A DNA stretch of 64,000 bases from Candidatus Palauibacter sp. (GTDB lineage Bacteria > Gemmatimonadota > Gemmatimonadetes > Palauibacterales > Palauibacteraceae): NCBI RefSeq assembly GCF_965222475.1, contig NZ_CBDCUB010000003.1:83073-147072 (forward strand), in the 5' to 3' direction. A program made the position numbers and the translations under genes. Below the pieces are notes generated by a model. It worked only from the letters and a program-made list of their open reading frames with translations. It was not told the DNA's origin and did no database searches. Below are positions 28,525-38,572 of this stretch, one piece after another (position 1 is the stretch's first letter; each line of letters starts with the position of its first letter).

Positions 28525-30260
28525 TCGCTCCATCCGAAGGGACCCGCCCCAAGGTCGGAGAAGCAGATGCGGCCGTCCGTGTCCGCGGATGGGGATCGGA
28601 AGACCCGGAGCCGGATCCAGACGGGTGCATTCGGTTGCAGAGCGAGCGGCCTTGGGTGGTCGAGGGCCCGCGCAAGCAGCTCGCCGAGATTGGAGCGGTC
28701 TTGCCCACCTCGACCTGGAACCGGGCCGGAGGCGGCGCGCTCGTCCTGAGCCTGGTCAACTCCGTCGGAATCCTCGAATTGCCTCACGTCGGACGCGTGG
28801 AGTTGTACAGCGGCAAATTCGGACGCCGAGATTTCGAAGCGCTTCTCGCGGATCTGACGGCGCTCGCCACCAGCCTGCCGTTCTCGGCCCGGGACCCGGG
28901 GTCGGCGCAGTACGACAGCGGGGCGGCGCCTCCCGATCACGTTCTCTACCACGCGTTCGTCTACCTGCGCTACATCCTCTCGGAGGATGCGCCGGCGGAC
29001 ACGCGGTTGATCCCCGCTCTGGAACTCATTCAGCGCACGCCGTACCGGCGCTGGCGAACGGAGCGGCGAGAGGTCCGAATCGAAGCGCTCACCAGGGTGG
29101 ATTCGCCCACGTTGCTGGACCTTGTGACACGGACCGGGACGCCGGTGCGGGCGGCGTCCCTATCCGTACCGGGGGCGGCACTCGCCTCGCGCCTCGGTGG
29201 GCAGCTTCCCGAAGCGGTCTCTGAGCGCCGGATCCGAGCCACGATCGACACGCCGGAGAATCGGTTTGTTAAGGCCTTCATCGGCCAGGCCCAAGGGATC
29301 ATCGGCCGGACCCGGGCGGCGGTCGAAGGCGGGCGCAGCGTGTTCGAGAAGAATCTGATCGACGACTGCGACCGGCTGGGCGCGGCACTGATGCCCATCG
29401 CACGCCATTCGATGTGGGACGAAGTCGGAAGGATGGTGCGGATCCCGTTTTCCTCCACGGTCCTCCAGCGGCGGCGCGGCTACAGGCATGTGCTCCGGCA
29501 CTTCGCCAGGATCCGGCTCGCGCCCCGGATCCCGCTGGACAGCCGGGAGCTGCGGAATCTGCTCGAACTCAAGGACATCGCCACCCTCTACGAACTGTGG
29601 ACCTTCTTCCGCCTCGCGGACCTCGTGCGCGCCCTCCTCGGACCGCCGATTCGAAGCGCGCGACCGGCCCGCAGCGACTCGTTTCAGGTCTCTCTGGGCT
29701 GGAACCAAACCTTCGAGTGGGCCTCCGGCGTTCGCCTGGCCTACAACCGGACTTTCTCTCCGTCGAGAGATTCCTACTCGGTACGGCTGCGCCCGGACAT
29801 CGCGCTCTATCTGCCCGGCAGATCGAATGCCGATCTTCACCTGTTCGACGCGAAGTTCAGCGTGCGGAGACTCTCCGACGCGGGGCTCGTTACGGGGAAG
29901 GGGGAAGAGCGGCGGGCCGACGCCGAGGAGCGGAAGGGCGTGTTCACGCGCGGCGACCTCTACAAGATGCACACCTACCGGGACGCGATTCCGAACGCCC
30001 GCTCCGTGTGGATCCTGTACCCCGGCACGGAGTTCCGTTTCTTTGACGCCTCGAACTCGAGACCGGTGATCCGGCCGACGGATTTGCCCCGCCGGTTGGA
30101 GGGCGTCGGTGCAGTTCCGTTCGCACCCAAGCCGGACGCTGGACCCGGTCCCTCGCCGCACGGTGAAGTGATGGCGACGCTGCGGAAGCTACTCGGGCCG
30201 CACCTTCCTGGCGCGCCATTCACCGGAAGCGGAGGCCCTTCGACGGTCCCGCTCCCGTAG
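28521..30260 (+). CDS. McrC-like partner: DUF2357 + PD-(D/E)xK nuclease
   Basis: DTPENRFVK, LYELW, RPDIAL, LFDAKF, DLYKMHTYRDAI; 4-bp overlap with mcrB. Confidence 0.88.
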   Translation: MIAPSEGTRPKVGEADAAVRVRGWGSEDPEPDPDGCIRLQSERPWVVEGPRKQLAEIGAVLPTSTWNRAGGGALVLSLVNSVGILELPHVGRVELYSGKFGRRDFEALLADLTALATSLPFSARDPGSAQYDSGAAPPDHVLYHAFVYLRYILSEDAPADTRLIPALELIQRTPYRRWRTERREVRIEALTRVDSPTLLDLVTRTGTPVRAASLSVPGAALASRLGGQLPEAVSERRIRATIDTPENRFVKAFIGQAQGIIGRTRAAVEGGRSVFEKNLIDDCDRLGAALMPIARHSMWDEVGRMVRIPFSSTVLQRRRGYRHVLRHFARIRLAPRIPLDSRELRNLLELKDIATLYELWTFFRLADLVRALLGPPIRSARPARSDSFQVSLGWNQTFEWASGVRLAYNRTFSPSRDSYSVRLRPDIALYLPGRSNADLHLFDAKFSVRRLSDAGLVTGKGEERRADAEERKGVFTRGDLYKMHTYRDAIPNARSVWILYPGTEFRFFDASNSRPVIRPTDLPRRLEGVGAVPFAPKPDAGPGPSPHGEVMATLRKLLGPHLPGAPFTGSGGPSTVPLP

Positions 30261-30271
30261 CCGCTGACTGA

Positions 30272-30670
30272 TCAATCGGCGGGAGCGTCCTCGCCGGCAT
30301 CCTCCATCAGTTCTCTCAACTCACGTGTCGGCTCGGGAGGCTGCTCCACCATTTCAACCACACGAGTGAATCCTTCGGGCGACAACGGGATCCGCTCCCC
30401 GCTCAGCCCCAAGCCGTGCTCCAGGAATCGGCTTGCGAATTCCTCAGCGGAATCCCGCCCGAAATCTGCGGGTAGCGGGTATTCGGCGGAGGGATCGCCG
30501 TAGCTGAGATCGGGGAGCTGGTACTCTTCTGAGTCCGGTGACGGCGGATCTGAAGGGAGCACGCTTCGGAGTCCGTCTGCGATCACGTTCCGGAGCGACT
30601 GGCCGGTGTTCGCGGCGTGGCGCCGAGCACGGGCGAGCAATTCGTCGTCGATGTCGAGCGTCGTCTTCAT
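30272..30670 (-). CDS. Orphan chimeric antitoxin-like protein (VapB-type RHH N-terminus + DUF1778-like C-terminus)
   Basis: MKTTLDIDDELLARARRHA at the N-terminus; IPLSPEGFTRVVEMVEQPPEPTRELRELM at the C-terminus. Confidence 0.65.
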   Translation of the reverse strand: MKTTLDIDDELLARARRHAANTGQSLRNVIADGLRSVLPSDPPSPDSEEYQLPDLSYGDPSAEYPLPADFGRDSAEEFASRFLEHGLGLSGERIPLSPEGFTRVVEMVEQPPEPTRELRELMEDAGEDAPAD

Positions 30671-30706
30671 CCCTGCATACCAGGTGCCGCAGTCCGCCCC
30701 CGCGCG

Positions 30707-32224
30707 CTAAGGAACGAACATGACCGGCCGGGCGGGGAGAGCGTCTACGTCGATCACCTTCCCCTCCTTCATGACCATCGTCTGCTGGCGGATGTTCTTG
30801 ATGTCCTCCAGCGGGTTCGCGTCCAGGAGGACGAGGTCCGCGAACTTGCCGACCTCGATCGTTCCGAAATCGTCGAGGCCGCGGGCGGCGAGGGCGCCAT
30901 TGCGGGTTCCAGCCACGATCGCCTCCGACGGCGTCATGCCGAGTTCGACGAGGCCTTCGATCGCCATCAGCGTGCCGATGCCCGGCTCCTGCCAGATCGG
31001 CTTCGGTTCGCGCAGGAACTGGACGTCGGCGGCCGGGAAGTTGTCCGTGCCGAGGGTGACGATGCAGCCGGCGTCGATGAGGCTCTTCGCGTTCTGGCGG
31101 CGCATGGCGTTGCCGTGGCCCAGGGCGTTGCGCTCCCGGCGCAGTTCGAACGACGTCTTCTCCCGCTTGACGGGCCGTCGCAGGCGCCCCCACTCCGCTG
31201 AGTTCCCGGGGTCGGCCAGACGCGCCTCGGCGGCCGCGACATCGGCCAGGTGCTTTTCCCACGCCTCACCCGTGATCGTGTTCACCAGCATCGAGCAGAT
31301 CACGCTCCGCTCCCGGATCTGCGCCAGCAACGCCTCGGAATACGGACGGCCAGCCAGGAGTTCGGGGTGCTGGATGAGGTCGATGCCCGCTTCGACGGCG
31401 AGGCGCAGGCTTTCCGGGTTGGTGCCGTGCGTCTCGGCGACGAGTCCGCGCCGGTGGGTCTCCTCCACGATCACGCGTTGAGCCTCGGGAGAGAAGCCGA
31501 TCATCGTGGGGTAGGACCAGTGACTGCTGCCCCCGTACTTCACGAAGTCGACGCCCTTGTCGAGATAGTCGTTGATCGCAACGCGGAGTTCCTCCGGATA
31601 CATGTCCATGAGGTCCTCGCCGGCACCCTGCGCGAGGTGGTCGGAGAACTGCTCCTCCCACAGCGACAGATCCGAGTCGGCGATCAGGGAGAACGTGACG
31701 GAGAAGGCGCCGCCCCAGCCGACGATGTTGCCGGCGACCTGCATCCGGGGACCCACTTCCCGCCCGTCCGCGATCGCGTCACGCACCTCGATGAGTTGCG
31801 GGAGCTGGCCGTAGCTGTCGCGCAGGTGCGTCACGCCGTGCTTGAGGTGCATCTGCGCGGCCTCGAGGGCGATCTCCGCCCCGCGCTCCCAGTAGAAGAC
31901 GGCATTCTCCTTCCGGTGCTTCCCGAAGCCGGCGCCGTAGAGGCTCGTGTGCACGTTCGTGTCGACGAAGCCGGGGGTGACGTACTTCCCCGCCCCGTCT
32001 ATGACCCGCGCGCCATCGGGCACGGTGATCGCGGCACTGGGGCCAACGGCGATGATCCGGGCTCCTTCTACCACCACGGTCGTTTCCGGCAGCGGGTCGC
32101 CGCCGTTCCCGTCGATGACCGTCGTCCCGACGATCGCCACCGTCTCCTGCGCGAGGCCCGGCGATGGCGGCGCCCAAACGGTTAACGCCACGGCAAGTAG
32201 AGCGACGAATCGGCGAGTCAGCAT
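30707..32224 (-). CDS. Secreted amidohydrolase, close paralogue of 18017-19546 (NxH variant)
   Basis: PGFVDTNVH and long shared blocks such as EAAQMHLKHGVTHLRDSYG; GGGAGG RBS before ATG 32224. Confidence 0.88.
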   Translation of the reverse strand: MLTRRFVALLAVALTVWAPPSPGLAQETVAIVGTTVIDGNGGDPLPETTVVVEGARIIAVGPSAAITVPDGARVIDGAGKYVTPGFVDTNVHTSLYGAGFGKHRKENAVFYWERGAEIALEAAQMHLKHGVTHLRDSYGQLPQLIEVRDAIADGREVGPRMQVAGNIVGWGGAFSVTFSLIADSDLSLWEEQFSDHLAQGAGEDLMDMYPEELRVAINDYLDKGVDFVKYGGSSHWSYPTMIGFSPEAQRVIVEETHRRGLVAETHGTNPESLRLAVEAGIDLIQHPELLAGRPYSEALLAQIRERSVICSMLVNTITGEAWEKHLADVAAAEARLADPGNSAEWGRLRRPVKREKTSFELRRERNALGHGNAMRRQNAKSLIDAGCIVTLGTDNFPAADVQFLREPKPIWQEPGIGTLMAIEGLVELGMTPSEAIVAGTRNGALAARGLDDFGTIEVGKFADLVLLDANPLEDIKNIRQQTMVMKEGKVIDVDALPARPVMFVP

Positions 32225-32260
32225 TGTGAGCCTCCCACTTCGATCAGGCGCCGAGAACAT

Positions 32261-32824
32261 TCACGCACCGTAGCGATCGGCGAAGGCCGACTCAGCCTCC
32301 ATCTCCATCGTGCGCTTGATTTCCAGAGCCGTATCCCTCGAAAAGCCTTCGCTCATCAGGATGTCCCGCAGGTGGATGGGTCGCCGCGATCCCTCGGGAT
32401 CCTGCCATTCCGGAAGACTGTGCGAGTAGTCGCGCAGATCCCAACCGCTCAGCGCCCCGAACTCATCCCAGATCCGATCGATCAATTCCTCGTCAGCCGG
32501 CGACAGCTCGGTTTGCGGGGGAGCGTCGGGCCCCAGGAGCCGGACATGGTCGCCACTTCGTTCGGAGATGACCGTGTGGCAACAGGAAGGGCCCTCGGGC
32601 GCAACCGGTTCGTTGATCTTGTCGAGCGTCGCGCTGAGAATCGGTCCCTGGGGCAGGGAGAAGTACGTATCGAACGTGAGCGGGCGGCCCCATTCCAGCA
32701 GGGCCGTGCGATCCGTGAGATAGAGCAGCTTGACGAGCTTGAGGACGCTCATGCGACCGCCGCCGTGGTCGAGCAGCCGGGCGGCTGCCTGCGTTGTTTT
32801 TGTCTCGTCGAACCGGAAAGCCAT
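32261..32824 (-). CDS. Panacea/SocA-like (DUF4065) antitoxin-domain protein
   Basis: KTTQAAARLL, LKLVKLLYLTDR, LPQGPILS, LRDYSHSLPEW. Confidence 0.8.
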   Translation of the reverse strand: MAFRFDETKTTQAAARLLDHGGGRMSVLKLVKLLYLTDRTALLEWGRPLTFDTYFSLPQGPILSATLDKINEPVAPEGPSCCHTVISERSGDHVRLLGPDAPPQTELSPADEELIDRIWDEFGALSGWDLRDYSHSLPEWQDPEGSRRPIHLRDILMSEGFSRDTALEIKRTMEMEAESAFADRYGA

Positions 32825-32959
32825 GTGGCAAACGATGGTCGCGTTCCCTACAAGCGTCAAGCCAACCGGACCCTGAACCGGCGGCCCCCGGCCAAGCCAG
32901 GAGGTGCGGCGGAGCGGCGTCGCGCCCCGGGTTGGTCGCGGACCCTGAGCCGTGCCTTA

Positions 32960-35239
32960 TCACGATCCGTCGGCGTAGGCGATGCGGCCGGCGAAGTCGA
33001 CGGCGGGGACAAGAACATCTCCGATCGCCTCGAACGCCTGATCTGCGTCCGCCTGGCCGACCTCCTCTTCCTGAACGGCGCGCTCCAGCGACACGGCCAT
33101 GGCCGCGGTGGCCAGCTTGTACATCTCCCGCAGTTCCTCCGCCCTCGCCGGCTCCGCGTAGCAGCAGCCGGTGAGACTGCGGTTGTCCATGTTGACGAAC
33201 ACGATGGTCCTGCCCTCCTCCGAGTCGACCCGGGCCACCGATCTTTCGCCGAAACCGTGGTCGCTCCAACCGTCCCGCCTAACCTCGCGTATCTCGGGCG
33301 GCTGCACGGAACTCTTTCCGGGCTTCGGTTTCTGACCCGGAGAGTTCGGGGCGACCTCCCGGGGCGGATCGACGGTCAGTTCGCCGTGCGCCTCCAACGG
33401 CCGCAGGCACGCGGGCCACGTGAACTTCACGCGCAGCGGGAGGACGGTGCCGGCGGGCGTGCCTTCCGGAGGCTGGAGCCGGATGGAGAGCCGCCCGTCC
33501 CACAGCTTGCGGCTCTTCATCCAGCCTTCCGGCGCGACGATACACTCTCCGCGTTCGACCGGGCGCGACAGGAACGTGTTCTCCGCATCGGTCTCCAGCT
33601 GAATGTCGCACCAGGAGTTCGCCGGACAACGTTTCCGCAGAAAGGAGCCGCCCTTTCGCCACCGGAGGTAGGTCGGGAAGCGCCGGCCCTCGAACGCCGC
33701 GCCCCTGCGCCCGTTGGCCCGCACGGGGGCCGGGATGTTTCCCGCGCCGCGGAGGATGGCGGCGAGGGCGGCCGACGAATCGATCATGCGCCGGAACAGT
33801 TCGTCGGTCTTCTCGCTGCTCTCGGCGGAGCGCCGGATCGCGGTCACCCGCCGCCGATAGTTCAGCGTCCGCAGCCCCTCGTGCCCGCGCAGGTGACCCG
33901 CCAACTCCTCGAGCAGCTCCCGCTTCTCGTCGATGTCGCGCATCCGGTCGCGCGATCCCATGAACAGTTGTTCGATGAGACCGGACGGCAGCGCGGAGCA
34001 ATCCACGGCGACGAGAAGACTTCGCGCCAGATACTGGAACCCGACGCCGCGCGCCCCCCGCCGACGCAGGAAATCCCGCGGTTCAAAGGCGTGCGCCTGC
34101 CCGTTGACCGTGAAGATCACGGCCTCCGAGGCGCGCACCCAGTGTGCCGTATTCGCGTTTTCCTTGAACGGGATAAGCGAGACGCGGACCGCGGGGCCGC
34201 CCCGAAGCGTCAGTTCGTCCTCGACCGGGAAGCCGTTTTCCACCACGTCGGCGGCGTCCACCGCGAGTCGAGTGTCGAGCCCCGAAACAATGGCTTCCCG
34301 GTCGATCTTGAACGAGCGGGTCTCGACGACCTGAATGGGCACCGGAGTACGGTACAGCCGACGGTTGAGCATGCGCGTGAAATCCAGCGTCGCCTTCGAC
34401 TTCTCCGGCAGATCGTACTCATAAAGGCGTACCAGCGAGCCCCACTCGATACGCCGGGGGCCGCGGGTCGCCGCGGCCCAGATGGGCAGGGCGTCGGTCT
34501 CGACGCGAAGAATCCTCCCGCCGGGGGCGAGGTACTGGAACCGGGACAGACGCTCGTCGGCCCGCGGGCGCAGGCGCCGCACTACGGTGAACCCCCACGC
34601 TTCGGAGTCGCCGGGCGCGGCGGGGTGGCGCCGGGAAACGATGAGTTGGTAGTTGTGCTCTTTGCCGCAGAACGGGACGGCGCCCGTCGAGCCCATGTTG
34701 AATTTCCCCTGAACGAACGGAATGTGCAGCTTGTTGCTGGCCGCCAGGGACGTGAAGGTGCGGGGAAAGTCGTCCGGAGCCTGGCCCTCTCCGCGGTCGG
34801 TGATCGTGATGGTCGGCCTTCCGGGGAGCTTTCGGCCCGAGAAGACGACCTGAACCGATTTTCGCGCGAGCCGGCCGCGGTCGGTCGCGGTGATCTCGGC
34901 GAGGCGCCCGCCGGGCACGCCGAAGTACCGTTCGGCGGCCGCGAACATGGAAGCGGGCGGCGAACCCGGCAGGTCTCCGCGTTCGTGGGCTCCGGCCATC
35001 AGCACTGCGTCTATGCTGTTGACCACCTTCTCGACGAGCGCGCCCCTGGCACTCGCCTGCTGGTTCAGGAACTGTCCGCCGTTGTTTTCCACACCTCCGT
35101 ATGGTGCCCAGTGCTCATCGCATGTGTACCCCCGCTGATCCAGACAGGCGTGAACCTCCGCCTCGGTATGAGCCGTCAGTAGACCGTCGAGGAGGTCCTG
35201 CACGGGGGAGGAAAACGAGAGGCTCGTCTGAACACTCAT
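32960..35239 (-). CDS. Uncharacterised GHKL (Hsp90/MORC-like) ATPase, 759 aa
   Basis: LVEKVVNSIDA (N-box), ITDRGEG (DxGxG), QGKFNMGSTG (G-box), GSLVRLYEY; GGAG RBS. Confidence 0.75.
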   Translation of the reverse strand: MSVQTSLSFSSPVQDLLDGLLTAHTEAEVHACLDQRGYTCDEHWAPYGGVENNGGQFLNQQASARGALVEKVVNSIDAVLMAGAHERGDLPGSPPASMFAAAERYFGVPGGRLAEITATDRGRLARKSVQVVFSGRKLPGRPTITITDRGEGQAPDDFPRTFTSLAASNKLHIPFVQGKFNMGSTGAVPFCGKEHNYQLIVSRRHPAAPGDSEAWGFTVVRRLRPRADERLSRFQYLAPGGRILRVETDALPIWAAATRGPRRIEWGSLVRLYEYDLPEKSKATLDFTRMLNRRLYRTPVPIQVVETRSFKIDREAIVSGLDTRLAVDAADVVENGFPVEDELTLRGGPAVRVSLIPFKENANTAHWVRASEAVIFTVNGQAHAFEPRDFLRRRGARGVGFQYLARSLLVAVDCSALPSGLIEQLFMGSRDRMRDIDEKRELLEELAGHLRGHEGLRTLNYRRRVTAIRRSAESSEKTDELFRRMIDSSAALAAILRGAGNIPAPVRANGRRGAAFEGRRFPTYLRWRKGGSFLRKRCPANSWCDIQLETDAENTFLSRPVERGECIVAPEGWMKSRKLWDGRLSIRLQPPEGTPAGTVLPLRVKFTWPACLRPLEAHGELTVDPPREVAPNSPGQKPKPGKSSVQPPEIREVRRDGWSDHGFGERSVARVDSEEGRTIVFVNMDNRSLTGCCYAEPARAEELREMYKLATAAMAVSLERAVQEEEVGQADADQAFEAIGDVLVPAVDFAGRIAYADGS

Positions 35240-35400
35240 TCATTTCTCCGAACTTTGGTCCGTTGGCGGCCCCCAAGTTAGGCGGAGCGGGTTGAAGCGG
35301 GTAAGGGTTCGGCGCATTCTCCGGGGAAGTGGAACGCGGGCGGGCGTCGTGCGATGGCGGCGCCGGAACGTGAACCGACGCCATAGCCGCCGGAGTACCC

Positions 35401-37155
35401 ATGAAACACATCGCTTCCCTACTACTGATCGCGCCGCTCGCGGCGGGCACCGGCGGGATACGGCCGCACGTACTGCCGGACACCGGGTCGATGCCGAGCG
35501 CCGCGCGGGGCACGATGCCATCCGAGCGGGCGCCGGACACCTATCCGAAGAACCCAGCCATCGACGCGCTCAACTACGCGTTCGCGCTCACGCTGAGCGA
35601 CGAGACGGACACGATCTCGGGCGAGGCGACGATCGACCTCCGGTTCCTGGAGGCGGGGATCGAGCAAGTGCGCCTCGACCTGATCGAGGAGCGGCCCGAT
35701 GGCACGGGCATGCGTGCCGGGGCCGTGACCGGGACGGATGGTGCGCTCGAGTTCGAGCACGCGGACGACGCGCTGTTCATCTCGCTCGCGCGCCCGACGG
35801 AGGCCGGCGAGCGGCGTCGGATCACGGTCGCCTACGAGGGGGTGCCGGCCACCGGCCTCATCATCGGTCCGAACAAGCACGGAGACCGGACCTTCTTCAG
35901 CGACAACTGGCCCGACAGGGCGCGCAACTGGCTGCCGACGATCGACCATCCGTACGACAAGGCCACGAACGAACTGATCGTCACGGCGCCGGCCCACTAC
36001 CAGGTCATCTCCAACGGGCTCCTCATCGAGGAGACGGATCTCCCGGCCGGCACCCGGCGCACGCACTGGAAGCAGTCGGTCCCGATCGCGACCTGGCTCT
36101 ACGTGCTCGGCGTGGCCCGCTTCGCGGTGCAGACCGTGGACCACCACAACGGGGTGCCGATCCAGACGTGGGTCTACGCGCAGGACCGTGACGCGGGTTT
36201 CCATGATTTCGCGGTCCCCACGAAGCAGGCGATGGAGTTCTACGGCGACCGGGTGGGACCGTATTCGTACGAGAAACTCGCCAACGTGCAGTCGAACAGC
36301 GTGGGCGGCGGGATGGAGGCGGCGACGGCGATCTTCTACGGCGACGACTCGGTCACGGGCGAGCGCTCGATCCGCTGGCGGAACGTCATCATCCACGAGG
36401 TGGCCCACCAGTGGTTCGGGAACGCGGTCACCGAATACGACTGGGACGACGTGTGGCTCAGCGAGGGCTTCGCGACCTACTTCACCCTCCTCTTCATCGA
36501 ACACCAGTACGGGCGGGACGAGTTCGTCGAACGACTGAAGGTGAGCCGGGACGGGATCCGCGCCTTCATGGCCGAGAACCCCGACTATCGGATCGTCCAC
36601 GACAACCTGGCCGACATGAGCCGGGTCACGAGCGGGGCCGGGACGTACCAGAAGGGGTCATGGACGCTGCACATGCTGCGCGGGGTGGTCGGCGAGGACG
36701 CGTTCCGGGCCGGGATCCAGGACTACTACCGGGAGTTCCGGGACCGGAACGCGACCACGGCGGATTTCCGGCGGGCGATGGAAGAGGCTTCGGGCCTCGA
36801 TCTGCGCGAGTTCTTCGACCAGTGGCTGTATCGAGGCGGGTGGCTGAAGGTCGAGGGCGGCTGGAGCTACGACGCCGAGGCCGGGGCGATCCACGTCGAG
36901 ATCGATCAGGTGCAGGACGACGCCTACACGTTTCGGACGCCTTTCCAGATCGGGATCCACCTCCCGCCGGACGCGCCGGGCGAGCGCGGCGTACACGGAG
37001 CCGCCGAGCCGCCCCGCATCGAGGTGGTCGAGGTCGACGCACGTCGCAACCGGTTCACGATCCCGGTCGAGGCGGAGCCGCGCGACGTCGTCCTCGATCC
37101 GCACACCTGGCTTCTCATGGATGCGGACTTCGAGCGTCGCGGGGCAGGACGATAG
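35401..37155 (+). CDS. M1-family aminopeptidase, secreted
   Basis: GGMEAA (GAMEN-like), HEVAHQW, WLSEGFATY, YQKG. Confidence 0.92.
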   Translation: MKHIASLLLIAPLAAGTGGIRPHVLPDTGSMPSAARGTMPSERAPDTYPKNPAIDALNYAFALTLSDETDTISGEATIDLRFLEAGIEQVRLDLIEERPDGTGMRAGAVTGTDGALEFEHADDALFISLARPTEAGERRRITVAYEGVPATGLIIGPNKHGDRTFFSDNWPDRARNWLPTIDHPYDKATNELIVTAPAHYQVISNGLLIEETDLPAGTRRTHWKQSVPIATWLYVLGVARFAVQTVDHHNGVPIQTWVYAQDRDAGFHDFAVPTKQAMEFYGDRVGPYSYEKLANVQSNSVGGGMEAATAIFYGDDSVTGERSIRWRNVIIHEVAHQWFGNAVTEYDWDDVWLSEGFATYFTLLFIEHQYGRDEFVERLKVSRDGIRAFMAENPDYRIVHDNLADMSRVTSGAGTYQKGSWTLHMLRGVVGEDAFRAGIQDYYREFRDRNATTADFRRAMEEASGLDLREFFDQWLYRGGWLKVEGGWSYDAEAGAIHVEIDQVQDDAYTFRTPFQIGIHLPPDAPGERGVHGAAEPPRIEVVEVDARRNRFTIPVEAEPRDVVLDPHTWLLMDADFERRGAGR

Positions 37156-37225
37156 CGCTTGCACGGGGCGCGTCGCGTGAGACAGCTTTGACGCCCTGGA
37201 TCCGCTTCGGGAAGGGACGGCGCAC

Positions 37226-38572
37226 TTGGCGATCGATCGACGCGACTTTCTGAGGGCGGCCACCGCCGGCGCGGCCGGGCTGTCGCTCGGCAACGCCTCT
37301 TCGCTGGCGGGCGCCCCCCTGTTCGAGGGCTCGGTCCCGGCGCCCCGCGCCACACCCCTCCGCAGACGCGGCGGCCAGGCCCCCGACGTGGTCGTGATCG
37401 GGGCGGGCAACTTCGGCATCTGGACCGCGCTCAACCTCGTTCGGCTCGGCGCCACCGTCACCGTGCTCGACGCGTACGGCCCCGGCAACTCTCGCTCCAC
37501 CTCCGGCGGGGAGACGCGCGGGGTGCGCTCCTCGTACGGCGGCCGCCCCTCGGGCTTCGTCTGGAACCGGTGGGCCAACGAGGCCATCCGGCGCTGGATC
37601 CAATGGGATGAGGAGGGTCGGGAACTCCTCCTCCCGCGTGTCTTCTACCAGTCGGGCGATCTCATCCTGCGCGAGGAGATGATCCCGTATCTCGAGGACA
37701 CGATGGCCCAGTGGGATCGGCTCGGCGTCGACTACGAGTTGCTCGACGTGGAGGAGATCGACTACCGCTGGCCGTGGATCCGGACGGAGGAGGGGGTCTC
37801 GCTGGGACTCTACGAACCCAACGCGGGCGTGGTCCGGGCGCGGCGGGCGATCGAGTCGGTGGCCAAGCGGTTCGAGATGGAAGGCGGCGAGATCCGAATC
37901 GCGCGGGCCGCTCTCGGAGAATCGGACGGTCGCCAGCTCAACGACGTGACGCTGGGCGGGGAGGAGGCGCTGGCGGCGTCGACGTTCGTGTTCGCGGTCG
38001 GCCCCTGGATCGGGAAGACGTTCCCGGAACTGTTCGGCGACCGCGTCCGCATCCCGATCGGCAACGTGTTCTACTTCGCGGTGCCGGACCAGCGCTTCAT
38101 GTTCCCCAACATGCCGAGCTACGGGGTGCCGGGGTGTACCGGCTGGCCCGCTCTCGGCCCGGACCACCGCGGCTTCCGCGTGCGTACGGGCGGGCAGACG
38201 GGAGACGATCCGGACACGAGCGACCGCTGGGTGCCGCCCGAGGCGCACGAACGCCCCCGCCAGGTCCTCGAGCGCTACTTCCCCGACATGATCGGGGCCG
38301 CGGTCAACGAGACGCGCGCCTGCCACTACTGCTTCGGTCCCAGCCGCAACTTCCTCGTCGACAAGCACCCCGACTTCGACAACGTGTGGCTCGCCGGCCT
38401 CGGAACCGCCGAGTCCTTCAAGCAGGGTCCGGTCCTCGGCGAGTACATCGCCAAGCGCGTGCTGGAGATCGAGAACGATCCGGAACTGGCCGAGCAGTTC
38501 AGGTTCTCCCTCGAGGCGCCGGAGGGCGGGGAGCGGGAGCCGGACCCGCAGTCGGAGGACCTCGGCGGTTGA
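37226..38572 (+). CDS. Tat-exported FAD-dependent oxidoreductase (sarcosine oxidase/DAO-like)
   Basis: RRDFL Tat motif, GAGNFG, STSGGETR, FKQGPVLG. Confidence 0.85.
   Translation: MAIDRRDFLRAATAGAAGLSLGNASSLAGAPLFEGSVPAPRATPLRRRGGQAPDVVVIGAGNFGIWTALNLVRLGATVTVLDAYGPGNSRSTSGGETRGVRSSYGGRPSGFVWNRWANEAIRRWIQWDEEGRELLLPRVFYQSGDLILREEMIPYLEDTMAQWDRLGVDYELLDVEEIDYRWPWIRTEEGVSLGLYEPNAGVVRARRAIESVAKRFEMEGGEIRIARAALGESDGRQLNDVTLGGEEALAASTFVFAVGPWIGKTFPELFGDRVRIPIGNVFYFAVPDQRFMFPNMPSYGVPGCTGWPALGPDHRGFRVRTGGQTGDDPDTSDRWVPPEAHERPRQVLERYFPDMIGAAVNETRACHYCFGPSRNFLVDKHPDFDNVWLAGLGTAESFKQGPVLGEYIAKRVLEIENDPELAEQFRFSLEAPEGGEREPDPQSEDLGG

Noticed and set aside
37711-38568. N-terminal extension of the 932-aa ORF
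   Set aside because: It overlaps the FAD oxidoreductase in another frame; a signal peptide and lipobox start at 38569.
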